NCBI GenBank assembly: GCA_036788695.1
Contig: DAIQMY010000004.1
Span: forward strand, 8,136-72,135
From: Candidatus Levyibacteriota bacterium
GTDB lineage: Bacteria > Patescibacteriota > Microgenomatia > Levybacterales > GWA1-39-11
Direction: 5' to 3'
Length of the DNA: 64,000 nucleotides
A program made the position numbers and the translations under genes. The notes beneath the pieces were generated by a model, which did not search any database, was not told the DNA's origin, and saw only the letters and a program-made list of their open reading frames with translations. Positions 8,453 to 18,332 of this stretch are shown here, piece by piece. How positions within the stretch are numbered: position 1 is the stretch's first letter; every line of letters starts with the position of its first letter.

Positions 8453-9439
8453 ATGAAAAAACATCCAGAATATCAATATTTAGATTTACTCAAAGAGGCG
8501 TTGGAGCATGGTGAGCGCAAGGTTGACCGTGGGACAGATGTGGTTCTTTATAGTCTATTTGGTAGGCAAAATAGATATGATTTGTCTCAGGGTTTTCCAC
8601 TGCTTACTACAAAAAAAGTATATTGGAAAGGCGTGATTCATGAGCTTGCGTGGTTTATGAAAGGGGACACAAACATAAAATATCTGGTAGACAACAACGT
8701 ACATATTTGGGATGACTATCCTTTTAAGATTTACAACACTAAAAATCCCAAGAAGCAATTAACCAAAGAAGATTTTGTTGAAAAGATCCGTTCTGATACA
8801 AAGTTTGCAAAAAAATGGGGTAATTTGCCCAGAATTTATGGAGAAATGTGGAGGGCTTGGCCAACCCATTCGGCAAGCTCAGGGCACGCTAAAAAACCTC
8901 GGACTATTGATCAGCTCGCATGGGTCATGCAGGAATTAAAAGATGACCCAGATGCAAAAAACGCCATTGTTACCTCTTGGAACCCTGAGTATATGTACAC
9001 CATGGCATTGAAAAAAGAAGCAAACAGATTCCCAATTTGTCACAATATGTACCAGGTAAGCAGGCGCGGAAATAAATTATCTCTTCAGCTATATCAAAGA
9101 AGTGCTGATCTTTTTCTTGGCGTTCCATTTAACATAGCGTCATATTCACTGCTTACAGTAATATTGGCTAACATTATGGATTTAGAACCAGGAGAATTTA
9201 TTCACACATTTGGAGATGCGCATATCTATGAAAATCATGTGGAGCAGGTAAAAGAACAATTAACGCGAGAGCCTCGTCCGTTTCCAAAAATTAAAATAAA
9301 AAGAAAATTAAAATCTATTGATGATTTTAAGACTGAAGATGTTGAGCTACTCGAGTATGACCCGTATCCGCAAATGCGCGCAGAATTAACTGTTGCCGGA
9401 GGATTATACGACAAGAAAACAGGCAAGATGTCAGGATAA
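8453..9439 (+). CDS. thyA: thymidylate synthase ThyA (328 aa, with insertion)
   Basis: LTTKKVYWKGVIHELAWFMKGDTNIKYL, PICHNMYQV, DLFLGVPFNIASYSLLT. Confidence 0.9.
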   Translation: MKKHPEYQYLDLLKEALEHGERKVDRGTDVVLYSLFGRQNRYDLSQGFPLLTTKKVYWKGVIHELAWFMKGDTNIKYLVDNNVHIWDDYPFKIYNTKNPKKQLTKEDFVEKIRSDTKFAKKWGNLPRIYGEMWRAWPTHSASSGHAKKPRTIDQLAWVMQELKDDPDAKNAIVTSWNPEYMYTMALKKEANRFPICHNMYQVSRRGNKLSLQLYQRSADLFLGVPFNIASYSLLTVILANIMDLEPGEFIHTFGDAHIYENHVEQVKEQLTREPRPFPKIKIKRKLKSIDDFKTEDVELLEYDPYPQMRAELTVAGGLYDKKTGKMSG

Positions 9440-9452
9440 GCGTGTAGAAAGT

Positions 9453-9875
9453 ATGAGAGTTAATACAGTCGGAGGGCTTTTGATCAAAAACAAGCAGGTA
9501 TTATTGGTAAAACATGGTGATGGCGCACAGCACCTTACAGGAGTGTATGGGTTACCAGGTGGAAGACTGGAAGAAGGAGAGAGTTTACTGGATGGTGCCG
9601 CGAGAGAATTTTACGAAGAAACAGGATTTACTGCAGGCAAACATTCAATGGTTAAAATGCCAAAAATTTACGAAGCAGAAATTCCAAGAAAAAATGGAGA
9701 AATTCTTTCTACATCGTGGCACGTATTTCTTATCAAAGAGGCTTCAGGAGAGCTTATAAAAAGTTACGAAACAGAGCCTGAGTGGGTAGATATTGATAAT
9801 TTATCTAAACTTAATTTACTAGTAAATACTAAAGAGGTTATAGAAGACGCAGATATATTATTAAATAATACATGA
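9453..9875 (+). CDS. Nudix hydrolase
   Basis: Nudix box GGRLEEGESLLDGAAREFYEETGF. Start taken at the internal Met just after the thyA stop. Confidence 0.75.
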   Translation: MRVNTVGGLLIKNKQVLLVKHGDGAQHLTGVYGLPGGRLEEGESLLDGAAREFYEETGFTAGKHSMVKMPKIYEAEIPRKNGEILSTSWHVFLIKEASGELIKSYETEPEWVDIDNLSKLNLLVNTKEVIEDADILLNNT

Positions 9876-10441
9876 TGAATAATTTACCAAGAGTTTCAAT
9901 CATTGCAGCAATTGGGAAAAACAGGGAGCTTGGAAAAGAGGATAGGTTGTTGTGGGAAATTCCAGAAGACGCAAAATATTTTAGAGATATGACGCGGGGT
10001 CATGTGAATATAATGGGAAGGAAAACCTATGAATCTTTGTTGCACTACTACAAAGGAAAGCCTATGCCAAAAAGAGTGAGTGTTGTAGTGACGCGTGATC
10101 CAGAATATAAAGCAGCAGATGGTGTATTTGTTTTAACAAACATGAAAGAGGCTATAGCGTTTGCTAAAAAAAAAGAAGTTGAAATTTCTCAAGTAGAAGA
10201 TTATAAAGGCGCACGTGACACAAGATCTCAGGAGGCAGAAGTGTTTAACATAGGCGGAGGACAGATTTTTGCGCTTGGTCTATCCTTTGCGGACAGATTA
10301 TATCTTACTTTTGTAGATGGTGAGTATTCTGAGGCTGATGCATTTTTCCCTGAGTTTTCAGAGTTTAAAAAAGTAATAAATGAACAAAAAAGTTCAGGAA
10401 ATGGGTATACCTATATATTTAAAACTCTAGAGCGGGGATGA
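9872..10441 (+). CDS. folA: dihydrofolate reductase
   Basis: IIAAIGKNRELGKEDRLLWEIPEDAKYFRDMTRGHVNIMGRKTYESL. Confidence 0.85.
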   Translation: MMNNLPRVSIIAAIGKNRELGKEDRLLWEIPEDAKYFRDMTRGHVNIMGRKTYESLLHYYKGKPMPKRVSVVVTRDPEYKAADGVFVLTNMKEAIAFAKKKEVEISQVEDYKGARDTRSQEAEVFNIGGGQIFALGLSFADRLYLTFVDGEYSEADAFFPEFSEFKKVINEQKSSGNGYTYIFKTLERG

Positions 10442-10845
10442 AATTTTTCAGAAGAATTAATTATAAGCGTTATTTTTTGTATTTAATCCGTTGGCAATTA
10501 TCTACTCCAATTCTTGCACCAATTGTTGCTTGGGTAAAACATTCACCGTCTATTCTAGGTACGCCTGAAGATTGGTATGCTGCAGCAATCGCGAATCTAA
10601 TAGGGGGTCTTATTTTCTTTTGGGTTGACCTTTTTATATTTAAATCTCAGTCGTTGGCTACCCAATGGGAAATTAAGGAAAACATCAGATGCGCAGATTG
10701 TCGGAAAATTGCTCGTGGATATAGATTAGTTAAAACACCCAAATATGATAGGTTAAAGGATATAAATCCTGAATTTAGATGTGAAAACTGTTCTTTGAAG
10801 AAATCAAAAAAATTAAGAGAAAGAGGAATTCCTACCGAAGGGTGA
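10438..10845 (+). CDS. small membrane protein with C-terminal CxxC...CxxC zinc ribbon (possibly GtrA-like)
   Basis: 2-3 TM segments; CADCRK...CENCS. Confidence 0.3.
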   Translation: MKFFRRINYKRYFLYLIRWQLSTPILAPIVAWVKHSPSILGTPEDWYAAAIANLIGGLIFFWVDLFIFKSQSLATQWEIKENIRCADCRKIARGYRLVKTPKYDRLKDINPEFRCENCSLKKSKKLRERGIPTEG

Positions 10846-11428
10846 TTATAAGTGGCCTTGTTTCTTTCAGTATTGAGCCTTGAGTGGTATTTGTTGTTAC
10901 CTTTGTTTCCTTTCCAAAGATAATACTTGCGGAAGCACTTGTGCCCTTAACTACGCTAAACACTAATTTTCCAATACTTCCTGTCCCGTTTACTGGTGTG
11001 CCATTTGTGCTTATAACTTCAGCAAATATTAATTTCCCAGGAGTTGACGTATCTGTAAAAAGAGTCATGTGAGATGCGGGGTTATTTCCGAATATGGAAT
11101 TAGTAGGGTCAGAAGGAAGGATTTTAACGTTTGTTATGAGTTTAGGGTCATAGAGAAGTTCTGCCTGAGCACCTGTTATGGGAGTTCCTGCTGTTTCAAC
11201 AAATATGTCAACAGTTGCTGATGGCGTAGTAATGTTTGATAGATCTAAGGCGGCAGGCGAAAAAGAAACACTGGCGGTTTTCATAACTGTTGGCGTAGGG
11301 GTAACTGTTGCAACTGTAACTGCCGGTTTATTTTGAGATCCAAGCCAAATGGAAAGCCCAAGTAGTACTACAGTAAGAGTGACTAAGAAAGAGATCAGAA
11401 TTAATGTTTTTCCAGGAATACCACTCAT
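10832..11428 (-). CDS. membrane-anchored cohesin-like domain protein (paralog 1)
   Basis: AQAELLYDPKLITNVKI matches the cohesin signature ([FL]xYDPxxLxxxxV). Paralogous to the 17722..18318 product. Confidence 0.4.
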   Translation of the reverse strand: MSGIPGKTLILISFLVTLTVVLLGLSIWLGSQNKPAVTVATVTPTPTVMKTASVSFSPAALDLSNITTPSATVDIFVETAGTPITGAQAELLYDPKLITNVKILPSDPTNSIFGNNPASHMTLFTDTSTPGKLIFAEVISTNGTPVNGTGSIGKLVFSVVKGTSASASIIFGKETKVTTNTTQGSILKETRPLIITLR

Positions 11429-11477
11429 CTATTTATTATGGACATATGGTTGTAAAAATTGCAAGAGGATAGGGTGC

Positions 11478-12395
11478 TTAGCTGCCATGCATTTTCCGAG
11501 CATTCGCATAGGTGAGAATTGCTTGCGCTGTATCTTTGAGTGTGAGTTGTGGAAAACGCTTTTCGTAGTTTACCCATTGAGTGTTTTTTCCATTGAGCCA
11601 TCCTATATCTGATGAGTGAAACGTTCCGATACCTTTCCCTGCAGTTATTTGTTCACCTGTTCTAATAGCAAGATCAACAGTTCTTATAAGCCCTGCTGAG
11701 TCTCTCCAGCTCCATATATCCTCTGGAGATAATCGTATTTTTGTGTTAGGCTTAAAAATTGTTCCAGCATTTAATGCCTCTTCATGTGTTCTTAGATCCT
11801 GATCAAATCCACCAAAATCAACGGCTAATGCTATTACTTTTCCAGGGTTTTTAGATGTCTTATTCTCAAGCGCATGCATGTTTTCTATTAATTTAGGATA
11901 ATCTTTATATACGGACGCCATATTTGCTCGAATTTGCTTTCTTCCTAAGTGAATAAATCTTCCTCCTGTTAAATCTAAATGCTTTTCAATTTCTGGAATT
12001 GAGCTATTCATAAGCGTCATAAGTCCATCAATTTCTTTAGGTGGTCTTAACCAGTTATCAGTTGAAAATCCCCATGCAATAGCAGTCTGCGTTGGAATAT
12101 CTGCCTGAGACAACGTTGTTAGTTGGAGAAGTAAATTATCAGCTCCCATCTGATAGGCTGTTGGATTTTCAATTCTGGCATCATGCGCAAAGCGCCGTTG
12201 ACCATCCGGAATGATAAGAACAGATCTAGGAAATTCTGTATCCGCCAGATTTTTTAATTCTGGTGAATTTCTAAAATTGATCTTATACGCAAGGTCTACC
12301 CACTTTTTATTATCTAGGTCCTGCTTTAGCTTTCTATAGTTCCAAGCTTCTTTAGCATTCATATGAAGACTCCATAATACATTCTTGATCTTCAT
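11478..12395 (-). CDS. cis-prenyltransferase (UppS family), divergent
   Basis: VLIIPDGQRRFA (compare IIMDGNGRWA), AWGFSTDNWLRPPKEIDGLMTLM, VDLAIRTGEQI. The RISNFLLWQ motif is absent. Confidence 0.5.
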   Translation of the reverse strand: MKIKNVLWSLHMNAKEAWNYRKLKQDLDNKKWVDLAYKINFRNSPELKNLADTEFPRSVLIIPDGQRRFAHDARIENPTAYQMGADNLLLQLTTLSQADIPTQTAIAWGFSTDNWLRPPKEIDGLMTLMNSSIPEIEKHLDLTGGRFIHLGRKQIRANMASVYKDYPKLIENMHALENKTSKNPGKVIALAVDFGGFDQDLRTHEEALNAGTIFKPNTKIRLSPEDIWSWRDSAGLIRTVDLAIRTGEQITAGKGIGTFHSSDIGWLNGKNTQWVNYEKRFPQLTLKDTAQAILTYANARKMHGS

Positions 12396-12491
12396 AAAGC
12401 AAATGGAGCGTAATCATAATTACGGTAATTTTAAGCAGAGGTTATAGAATTATAGAAATTAAGCTAAAGGTCTCTGAGCTTTACTTTAGGC

Positions 12492-13454
12492 ATGGGTTAT
12501 TCTATAATGCATACCATAAACCCTTTTTTGGAGGGTTCATTTTATATGAGAAACAGTAAAGAAATGGGAATTTACCTATCTGGTAGAGAGGCGTATAAAG
12601 GAACTATCCAAGAGAAAAATAGAGGTGGAACTATTGGTCGAATCGTTAATGCTATAAAAGGATCACAACCAGGAGAAAGTGGTCAGGCTGGGATTAGAGG
12701 GTCAATAATTGGAACGGATTCGGCACCGGATGTTTTTGAAGCAGGACATGGTAAAAGTCATGAGGCTGAATCAATTCCTGAGAAAAGCAGGGTTGAGGCT
12801 GTAAGAAGATTTAATTTTGAAGATACAGAAAACGTTCTTAGGCTTATGGATGAAGAAGCTCTTGGGCATTTGTCTCCAACCCCATACGTTCCCAATTGGG
12901 AGGATCCACGAGACATAAGAAAGGCTGTGGGTGAATTCTACAATTACAGCATAAATCTAGGAGACGATTCTAAGAAGTTTATTCCTACTGTAGCAGTAAA
13001 TCCAATGGGAGAGGTTATAGCATTTGCAGGAATGAGGCTAAGAGGAGATCCATTTGTTCCAGCTGGTAGAAGAATTGCGTCTCTTGAAAGATTGGTTGTA
13101 GGACAGGAGCACAGACAGCACGATGTTGCAACAATTTTTGTGGCAAGTCTTGCGCAGGACATGTTTACGAATGGACATTACGGTCAAAATAGTGATTTTC
13201 CAGCCGTAGAAATTAGAGCATGGACAATGGAGGATGAAAAGGCTGGAGATTGGAGAAGGAATCACAGCTTTATGAAAAAAATGGGATTTCAGCCGATCCC
13301 AGATTCAAACTGGCCTGATTACCGGGCTAAGCGAGGAATTCCAGATGACGGTCGGGGGAATGCAACGCAGTGGAAGTTAAAGCCTGAGATATTTGAAGGC
13401 AAAAAGAGAGAAGATTTAACAATTAGACCCTCTTTAAACACGAAGCTAGCTTAG
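12492..13454 (+). CDS. hypothetical protein (possible acyltransferase-like fold)
   Basis: Intact 320-aa ORF; weak GNAT-like segment. Confidence 0.25.
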   Translation: MGYSIMHTINPFLEGSFYMRNSKEMGIYLSGREAYKGTIQEKNRGGTIGRIVNAIKGSQPGESGQAGIRGSIIGTDSAPDVFEAGHGKSHEAESIPEKSRVEAVRRFNFEDTENVLRLMDEEALGHLSPTPYVPNWEDPRDIRKAVGEFYNYSINLGDDSKKFIPTVAVNPMGEVIAFAGMRLRGDPFVPAGRRIASLERLVVGQEHRQHDVATIFVASLAQDMFTNGHYGQNSDFPAVEIRAWTMEDEKAGDWRRNHSFMKKMGFQPIPDSNWPDYRAKRGIPDDGRGNATQWKLKPEIFEGKKREDLTIRPSLNTKLA

Positions 13455-13502
13455 AAGTATTCCGGAGTAACAATCTTTCTTAAAATATGCTACAATTTCC
13501 TC

Positions 13503-14729
13503 ATGAAAGTTAAAGATATAGAGTGTAAATCTTCGATTTGGGTAGAAGACACCCTTCCTGTTAAGAGTCTTGCTCGTATGATTTTTACAGCAAATCTTTC
13601 TGGTTTTCCCGTTCTTCATGGAAAAAAGCTCGTTGGTTTTGTAACAGAAGAAGATATTTTCTCCAAAATCTATAACGGGGAAAAAGACTCCTATAGTCAA
13701 GATGTGGTTAGTAAGATGTTGGAAATGCCGACTAAAGACATAATGGTAAAAAATGTTGTTTCTGTAACTCCTGATACTAATATTGTTGATGCCCAATTAA
13801 TTATGCAGAAGCACAATTATACTCGTCTTCCAATAGTTAACAACAGGAATGAATTTCTTGGGCTGATCACTAGGGGGGATATTTTTAGAGAGATTTTAAA
13901 GGATCAAATTGAACAACTAGAAAAAGATCAATATGCTACGTTTATTGCAGATAATTACGATAAAACCGTTGATTGGGATAAGCGATTTGATTATGAATTT
14001 CCTACATTATTTCGTGTTTTTAATAGACATGGTGTGAAGAAAATTCTTGATTTAGGTGTTTGGACAGGAGAATATTCGATTGCTCTTGCAAAAGAAGGAC
14101 TTGAGGTTATAGGTATTGATCACAACTCGCTTATGATAAAGAAAGCTAATGAGAAACTGCGAAGTTTACCTGAAAAAGTAAGTAGTAAGGTTCAATTTAA
14201 GCTTTCTGACTTTACTGATATACCCGATATTATTAAGGAGAAGGTAGATGCAGTTATTTGTATGGGAAATTCTTTTCCTTACATTCCAAATGACTTAGAA
14301 AAAACAATAGAAGATTCAAAAAAAGTTTTACGTAAGGATGGGGTTTTAGTTCTTCAGGTTTTGAATATGAAGAAAGTAATAAAAAAACAAAGAAGACTTC
14401 TTTCTTTCCATATAGAAACGGCAAAAATAGCAGGACAGGAGAACTTGAATTTAGAATTTTTTGATGAAGGAAAAGACAATAAACTAATTCATAACGTCAT
14501 AATATTCCATTCAAATGGTAAAGCCTGGTCATATAAGGGAATAAGTTCTATTAGCATTAAATTTATAGATAAAGATGAGATAGAGAAGATGCTTAAGAAA
14601 TTAGGATTCAAAGACATTTCTATCACTGGGAATATGGGAGATTATCAAGGAGAATTTGGGCAGATGTCTTTAGTCAAGCCGTATGATCCTAATTATTCTG
14701 ACTGGATGACGGTTGTTGCTCGAGTCTAA
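13503..14729 (+). CDS. CBS-pair domain fused to class I SAM-dependent methyltransferase
   Basis: CBS-like IMVKNVVSVTPDTNIVDAQLIMQKHNYTRLPIV; MTase motif I KILDLGVWTGEYSIALAKEGLEVIGID. Confidence 0.6.
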   Translation: MKVKDIECKSSIWVEDTLPVKSLARMIFTANLSGFPVLHGKKLVGFVTEEDIFSKIYNGEKDSYSQDVVSKMLEMPTKDIMVKNVVSVTPDTNIVDAQLIMQKHNYTRLPIVNNRNEFLGLITRGDIFREILKDQIEQLEKDQYATFIADNYDKTVDWDKRFDYEFPTLFRVFNRHGVKKILDLGVWTGEYSIALAKEGLEVIGIDHNSLMIKKANEKLRSLPEKVSSKVQFKLSDFTDIPDIIKEKVDAVICMGNSFPYIPNDLEKTIEDSKKVLRKDGVLVLQVLNMKKVIKKQRRLLSFHIETAKIAGQENLNLEFFDEGKDNKLIHNVIIFHSNGKAWSYKGISSISIKFIDKDEIEKMLKKLGFKDISITGNMGDYQGEFGQMSLVKPYDPNYSDWMTVVARV

Positions 14730-14736
14730 TTGCACT

Positions 14737-16056
14737 TTAGGGTAGGGGAAACTTTATCGCAAACTCTTTAACTTCACGCCCTATTTTTTGTAAATTTTTA
14801 TTGCTCATTATTTCTTTTTTTTGTTTTTTCCACCAATCGGATCTTGCCTCTTTTTCAGAAGGAACCTGATTTCCCTTCACTTCTTCAATAGCTTCATTCA
14901 TCCATTTGGCTATTTTTTTCATATGTATCTCCTTAAGTCCTCTTGTTGTGATTGCGGGAGTCCCAAGTCTAATTCCCGAAGGGTAAAACGGTGGGTTTGT
15001 GTCAAATGGAACGCCATTTTTGTTAAGCACGATTCCTGCTTGTTCCAATGCCAATGCGGCGACATTTCCGCTTGTATTTTTATTTCTTAAATCAATTAAA
15101 ATAAGGTGATTATCTGATCCTCCTGACACAAGATTAAAGTCGTATTTTAGTAATTCTGTTGCGAGTGCTTTTGTATTTTTTACAATTTGTTCGCCATATT
15201 TTTTAAATTTTGGGGAACCTGCTTCTTTTATTGCAACAGCAATTGCTGCTGTTTGGTTGTCATGTGGACCTCCTTGAAGCCCCGGAATAATAGCAGTATC
15301 AATTAATTTTGGAAGGTCAGGATTTTTCATAAGACCTTTATCTGTAACCATAATCAGTCCACCTCTGGGACCGCGAAGAGTCTTGTGAGTAGTGGTTGTA
15401 ACTATGTGCGCATAGGGTACAGGTGAGGGATGCACGCCTGCCGCGACAAGCCCTGCAATGTGTGATATATCAGCAAGTAAATAAGCTCCTACTTTTTCTG
15501 CAATCGCCCCAAATTTCTTGAAATCTATAAGTCTAGGATATGCAGTAAAACCACAAACAATAATATTCGGTTTTGTACGCATTGCCATTTTTTCTATAGC
15601 AGCATAGTCCAGTTTTCCGTCTTTCCCTAGTTCATAAAGTACTGATTTAAAGAATTTGCCGGATGCTGACTGAGGTTGCCCATGGGTTAAGTGTCCTCCA
15701 AAGGAAAGGGAAAGTCCCATTATTGTTCCTTTTAATGGCTGTAGGAGCGCAAAATAGACTGCTAGGTTCATAACAGAACCTGAGAGAGGCTGTACGTTAA
15801 CGTAGGGGACACCTAGCAATTTTTTAATTCTGTCTTGAGCCAATAGCTCAACCTCATCAGCAATCGCGTTTCCTTGATAGTACCTTTTCTTAGGATACCC
15901 CTCGGAATATTTGTTATTAAGACTGCTACCAAGTGCTTCTAATACTGCTGAAGATGCGTAATTTTCGGATGGGATCATCTCTAAAACTTCTTTCTGTCTT
16001 TTATCTTCTGCCTTTATAAGTTTAAAGATTTCAGGATCTTGCTGCTTTAGATTCAT
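14737..16056 (-). CDS. glyA: serine hydroxymethyltransferase
   Basis: SENYASSAVLEALGS, TTTTHKTLRGPRGG. Start trimmed to MNLKQQDPE. Confidence 0.9.
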   Translation of the reverse strand: MNLKQQDPEIFKLIKAEDKRQKEVLEMIPSENYASSAVLEALGSSLNNKYSEGYPKKRYYQGNAIADEVELLAQDRIKKLLGVPYVNVQPLSGSVMNLAVYFALLQPLKGTIMGLSLSFGGHLTHGQPQSASGKFFKSVLYELGKDGKLDYAAIEKMAMRTKPNIIVCGFTAYPRLIDFKKFGAIAEKVGAYLLADISHIAGLVAAGVHPSPVPYAHIVTTTTHKTLRGPRGGLIMVTDKGLMKNPDLPKLIDTAIIPGLQGGPHDNQTAAIAVAIKEAGSPKFKKYGEQIVKNTKALATELLKYDFNLVSGGSDNHLILIDLRNKNTSGNVAALALEQAGIVLNKNGVPFDTNPPFYPSGIRLGTPAITTRGLKEIHMKKIAKWMNEAIEEVKGNQVPSEKEARSDWWKKQKKEIMSNKNLQKIGREVKEFAIKFPLP

Positions 16057-16136
16057 ACAGTTCAATATACTAAAAAAAACCCTTACAAACAACTTGTATT
16101 TGACAGCAAGAGAAAGCTTTGAAATACTGTTAGTAT

Positions 16137-16718
16137 ATGAACAAGAAAAAAATACTAGTAGGTGTTGTGGCAATGTTAATTCTTTCAAGTGCGGCTGTTT
16201 TTTTACTGTTCAATAATTCTAAACCACAAAAAAATCAGATACCTACAGGTGTCTTAAATGAATTTAATAGTAATAAAGTGGATAAGAGTAACTATGAATC
16301 GGCAAACCTCGCTCAATTTTCTATTTCCTATCCCAATTCTTTCACCCCTTCAGAGCATTTATTATCAGGAGATGAGGGTGTAGCGCTTATTTTAGATTCG
16401 GAGGAGCTTGAAAAAAATAATGGATCGTTTGTTGTAGAAAAATATCCCATAGATACAGTAACGCTAAATTCCCTCAAGGAATATTTTAATAAGTCAAAGC
16501 TATCGCAAGAAGATATTTCTTTGGGTCAGGCTAGAATTCAGGCTGTATATTTTACGGGAGAAATACCTTCGTTGCAGGGGTCAATACAGCAAAATGTTAT
16601 TCTTGTAAGTTATAACGGGTATGTGTATAAAATACAGATGTCATATGTATCCGAGGAAAAAAAGGAACAATTAGACCAAGAATTTAAGAATATTTCCTCA
16701 ACCATAAACTTTCTCTAG
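16137..16718 (+). CDS. secreted hypothetical protein
   Basis: N-terminal signal/TM. Confidence 0.35.
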   Translation: MNKKKILVGVVAMLILSSAAVFLLFNNSKPQKNQIPTGVLNEFNSNKVDKSNYESANLAQFSISYPNSFTPSEHLLSGDEGVALILDSEELEKNNGSFVVEKYPIDTVTLNSLKEYFNKSKLSQEDISLGQARIQAVYFTGEIPSLQGSIQQNVILVSYNGYVYKIQMSYVSEEKKEQLDQEFKNISSTINFL

Positions 16719-16728
16719 TTGAAAATAA

Positions 16729-17721
16729 TTAATCTCCTATAACTCCTCCCCATTCAACAGCCGTGAATCCATTTCTTTCTGGTGCAGGAGTAATGGTAAG
16801 CGGAGTAATGTTTTCTGTGTTTGAGAGAGGTGCAAAATAAGCAATAAACTCTATGAATGTATCAGGCTTAGGCGTTATAAATACACTGTCTAGGCGTTTT
16901 TTCTCTTCGTTTTCCAAAACGGAAAAGAAGATATGTGAGGTATCAAGTCTTAAGAGTCGAGGAATCCAGAAATCTAAAAATTCATCCTGCTCGTCTTTTT
17001 TTGTAAGACCCAATAATATGATTTTTTCTCTTAAGTCATTTTTTAAATTATGTTTTGAGAGGACAATTCCTTTTTTGGGGCGGTTAACTTTTCCTGATTC
17101 TATTTCATAGAATAATTCTCTATATGTTTTACCCATATATTCAAGCTTTCCGCTCGGATGAGCTAGTACATTTTTCCATCCGTTTTTAGGGTATTGCGGA
17201 TCACTTATAACAATTTTTCCTTGCGTTTCAACTGTTACATTTACATAGGTATCAGTAGTTGGATAGAGATAAATAACTGGTTTTCCAACACAATATGTTC
17301 CATCTCCCTGGTCTAGACTAGTTTCACAGAGTATGTATTGATTACAAAAGTCTGCGAGTGGTTGTGTATCGAATGGATTTTCCACTACACATTTTCTATT
17401 TTTGCACGTGAATATTCCCTGATGCCCTTTACAAATGCATGGTAGGGTAACTGGTTTTCCCGAGTCAATAGGACATAAAGGTATAGTATCGCTGCCAGGT
17501 GTTGGGTTAGTGATTGTAGGGATATTAGTTTGGGGCTGAGCTGGATTAAACGTATCTATTTGTATATTTGTACGTGAATCATTTGAGGCGATCTTGGCAT
17601 CCTTAGGAGTTTTTGCAATTAGTATTGCGGCAAATACAGCACACGTTATAAAAAGTAATATTCCTATTTTAATAAATGAGATTCTGTGTGCTTTTTTACT
17701 TAAACTTTTCTTTTTTTTCAT
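16729..17721 (-). CDS. membrane-anchored Cys-rich hypothetical protein
   Basis: N-terminal TM; 8-Cys module containing CPIDSGK, which also occurs (as CPIDGGK) in the 2387 product. Confidence 0.35.
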   Translation of the reverse strand: MKKKKSLSKKAHRISFIKIGILLFITCAVFAAILIAKTPKDAKIASNDSRTNIQIDTFNPAQPQTNIPTITNPTPGSDTIPLCPIDSGKPVTLPCICKGHQGIFTCKNRKCVVENPFDTQPLADFCNQYILCETSLDQGDGTYCVGKPVIYLYPTTDTYVNVTVETQGKIVISDPQYPKNGWKNVLAHPSGKLEYMGKTYRELFYEIESGKVNRPKKGIVLSKHNLKNDLREKIILLGLTKKDEQDEFLDFWIPRLLRLDTSHIFFSVLENEEKKRLDSVFITPKPDTFIEFIAYFAPLSNTENITPLTITPAPERNGFTAVEWGGVIGD

Positions 17722-18318
17722 TTATTTTGTGTTGATTTCTAAATTTATTTTTCCTAAAACTACATTTTGAGTTTGCGGTGAGGAGGCAAGGGATGTTTGA
17801 TCAATTTTTATTATTGCTGAAGTTGTTCCGGGAGTAAGTTTCCCTGTTACTTTTGCAATAACCCCTTTCCCCTTTGGATATGGGATAGAAGTAGGTATAA
17901 GGTAAGATTGGCTAATTGCTCCTTGCACTTGGTTGCTTTGCTTAATTCCTGCCGTAAGATTAAGCGCATAAGATAAGGCAGAGGAGGGGTCATTCACTGA
18001 GATAATTTTAACATTACTGATTTGAAGTGGATCATATGAAAGTGCAACCATAACTTTAGATACAGGTATACCATAGGTATCAAATATTATGTTTGAGGTA
18101 AATGTGGACTGTGGTTTAATGGTAATTAAATTAGGTGAAAAAGAAATCATCATGGTAGGACTTTCTTGTTTGGTAGTGGGGGTAGGCTGCATCTTTTGAG
18201 AAACAATTTCAGGAGAGGTACTTTTATTGAGGGAAAAGAAAAGCGCTAGAAGAATAAAAAGTATCGCAAATAGTGCTATAAAAATATACACCCATTTTTT
18301 TTTGAAAACGTCAGTCAT
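17722..18318 (-). CDS. membrane-anchored cohesin-like domain protein (paralog 2)
   Basis: VALSYDPLQISNVKI; same length (198 aa) and architecture as the 10832..11428 product. Confidence 0.4.
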   Translation of the reverse strand: MTDVFKKKWVYIFIALFAILFILLALFFSLNKSTSPEIVSQKMQPTPTTKQESPTMMISFSPNLITIKPQSTFTSNIIFDTYGIPVSKVMVALSYDPLQISNVKIISVNDPSSALSYALNLTAGIKQSNQVQGAISQSYLIPTSIPYPKGKGVIAKVTGKLTPGTTSAIIKIDQTSLASSPQTQNVVLGKINLEINTK

Positions 18319-18332
18319 ATTCTTATCTTATA

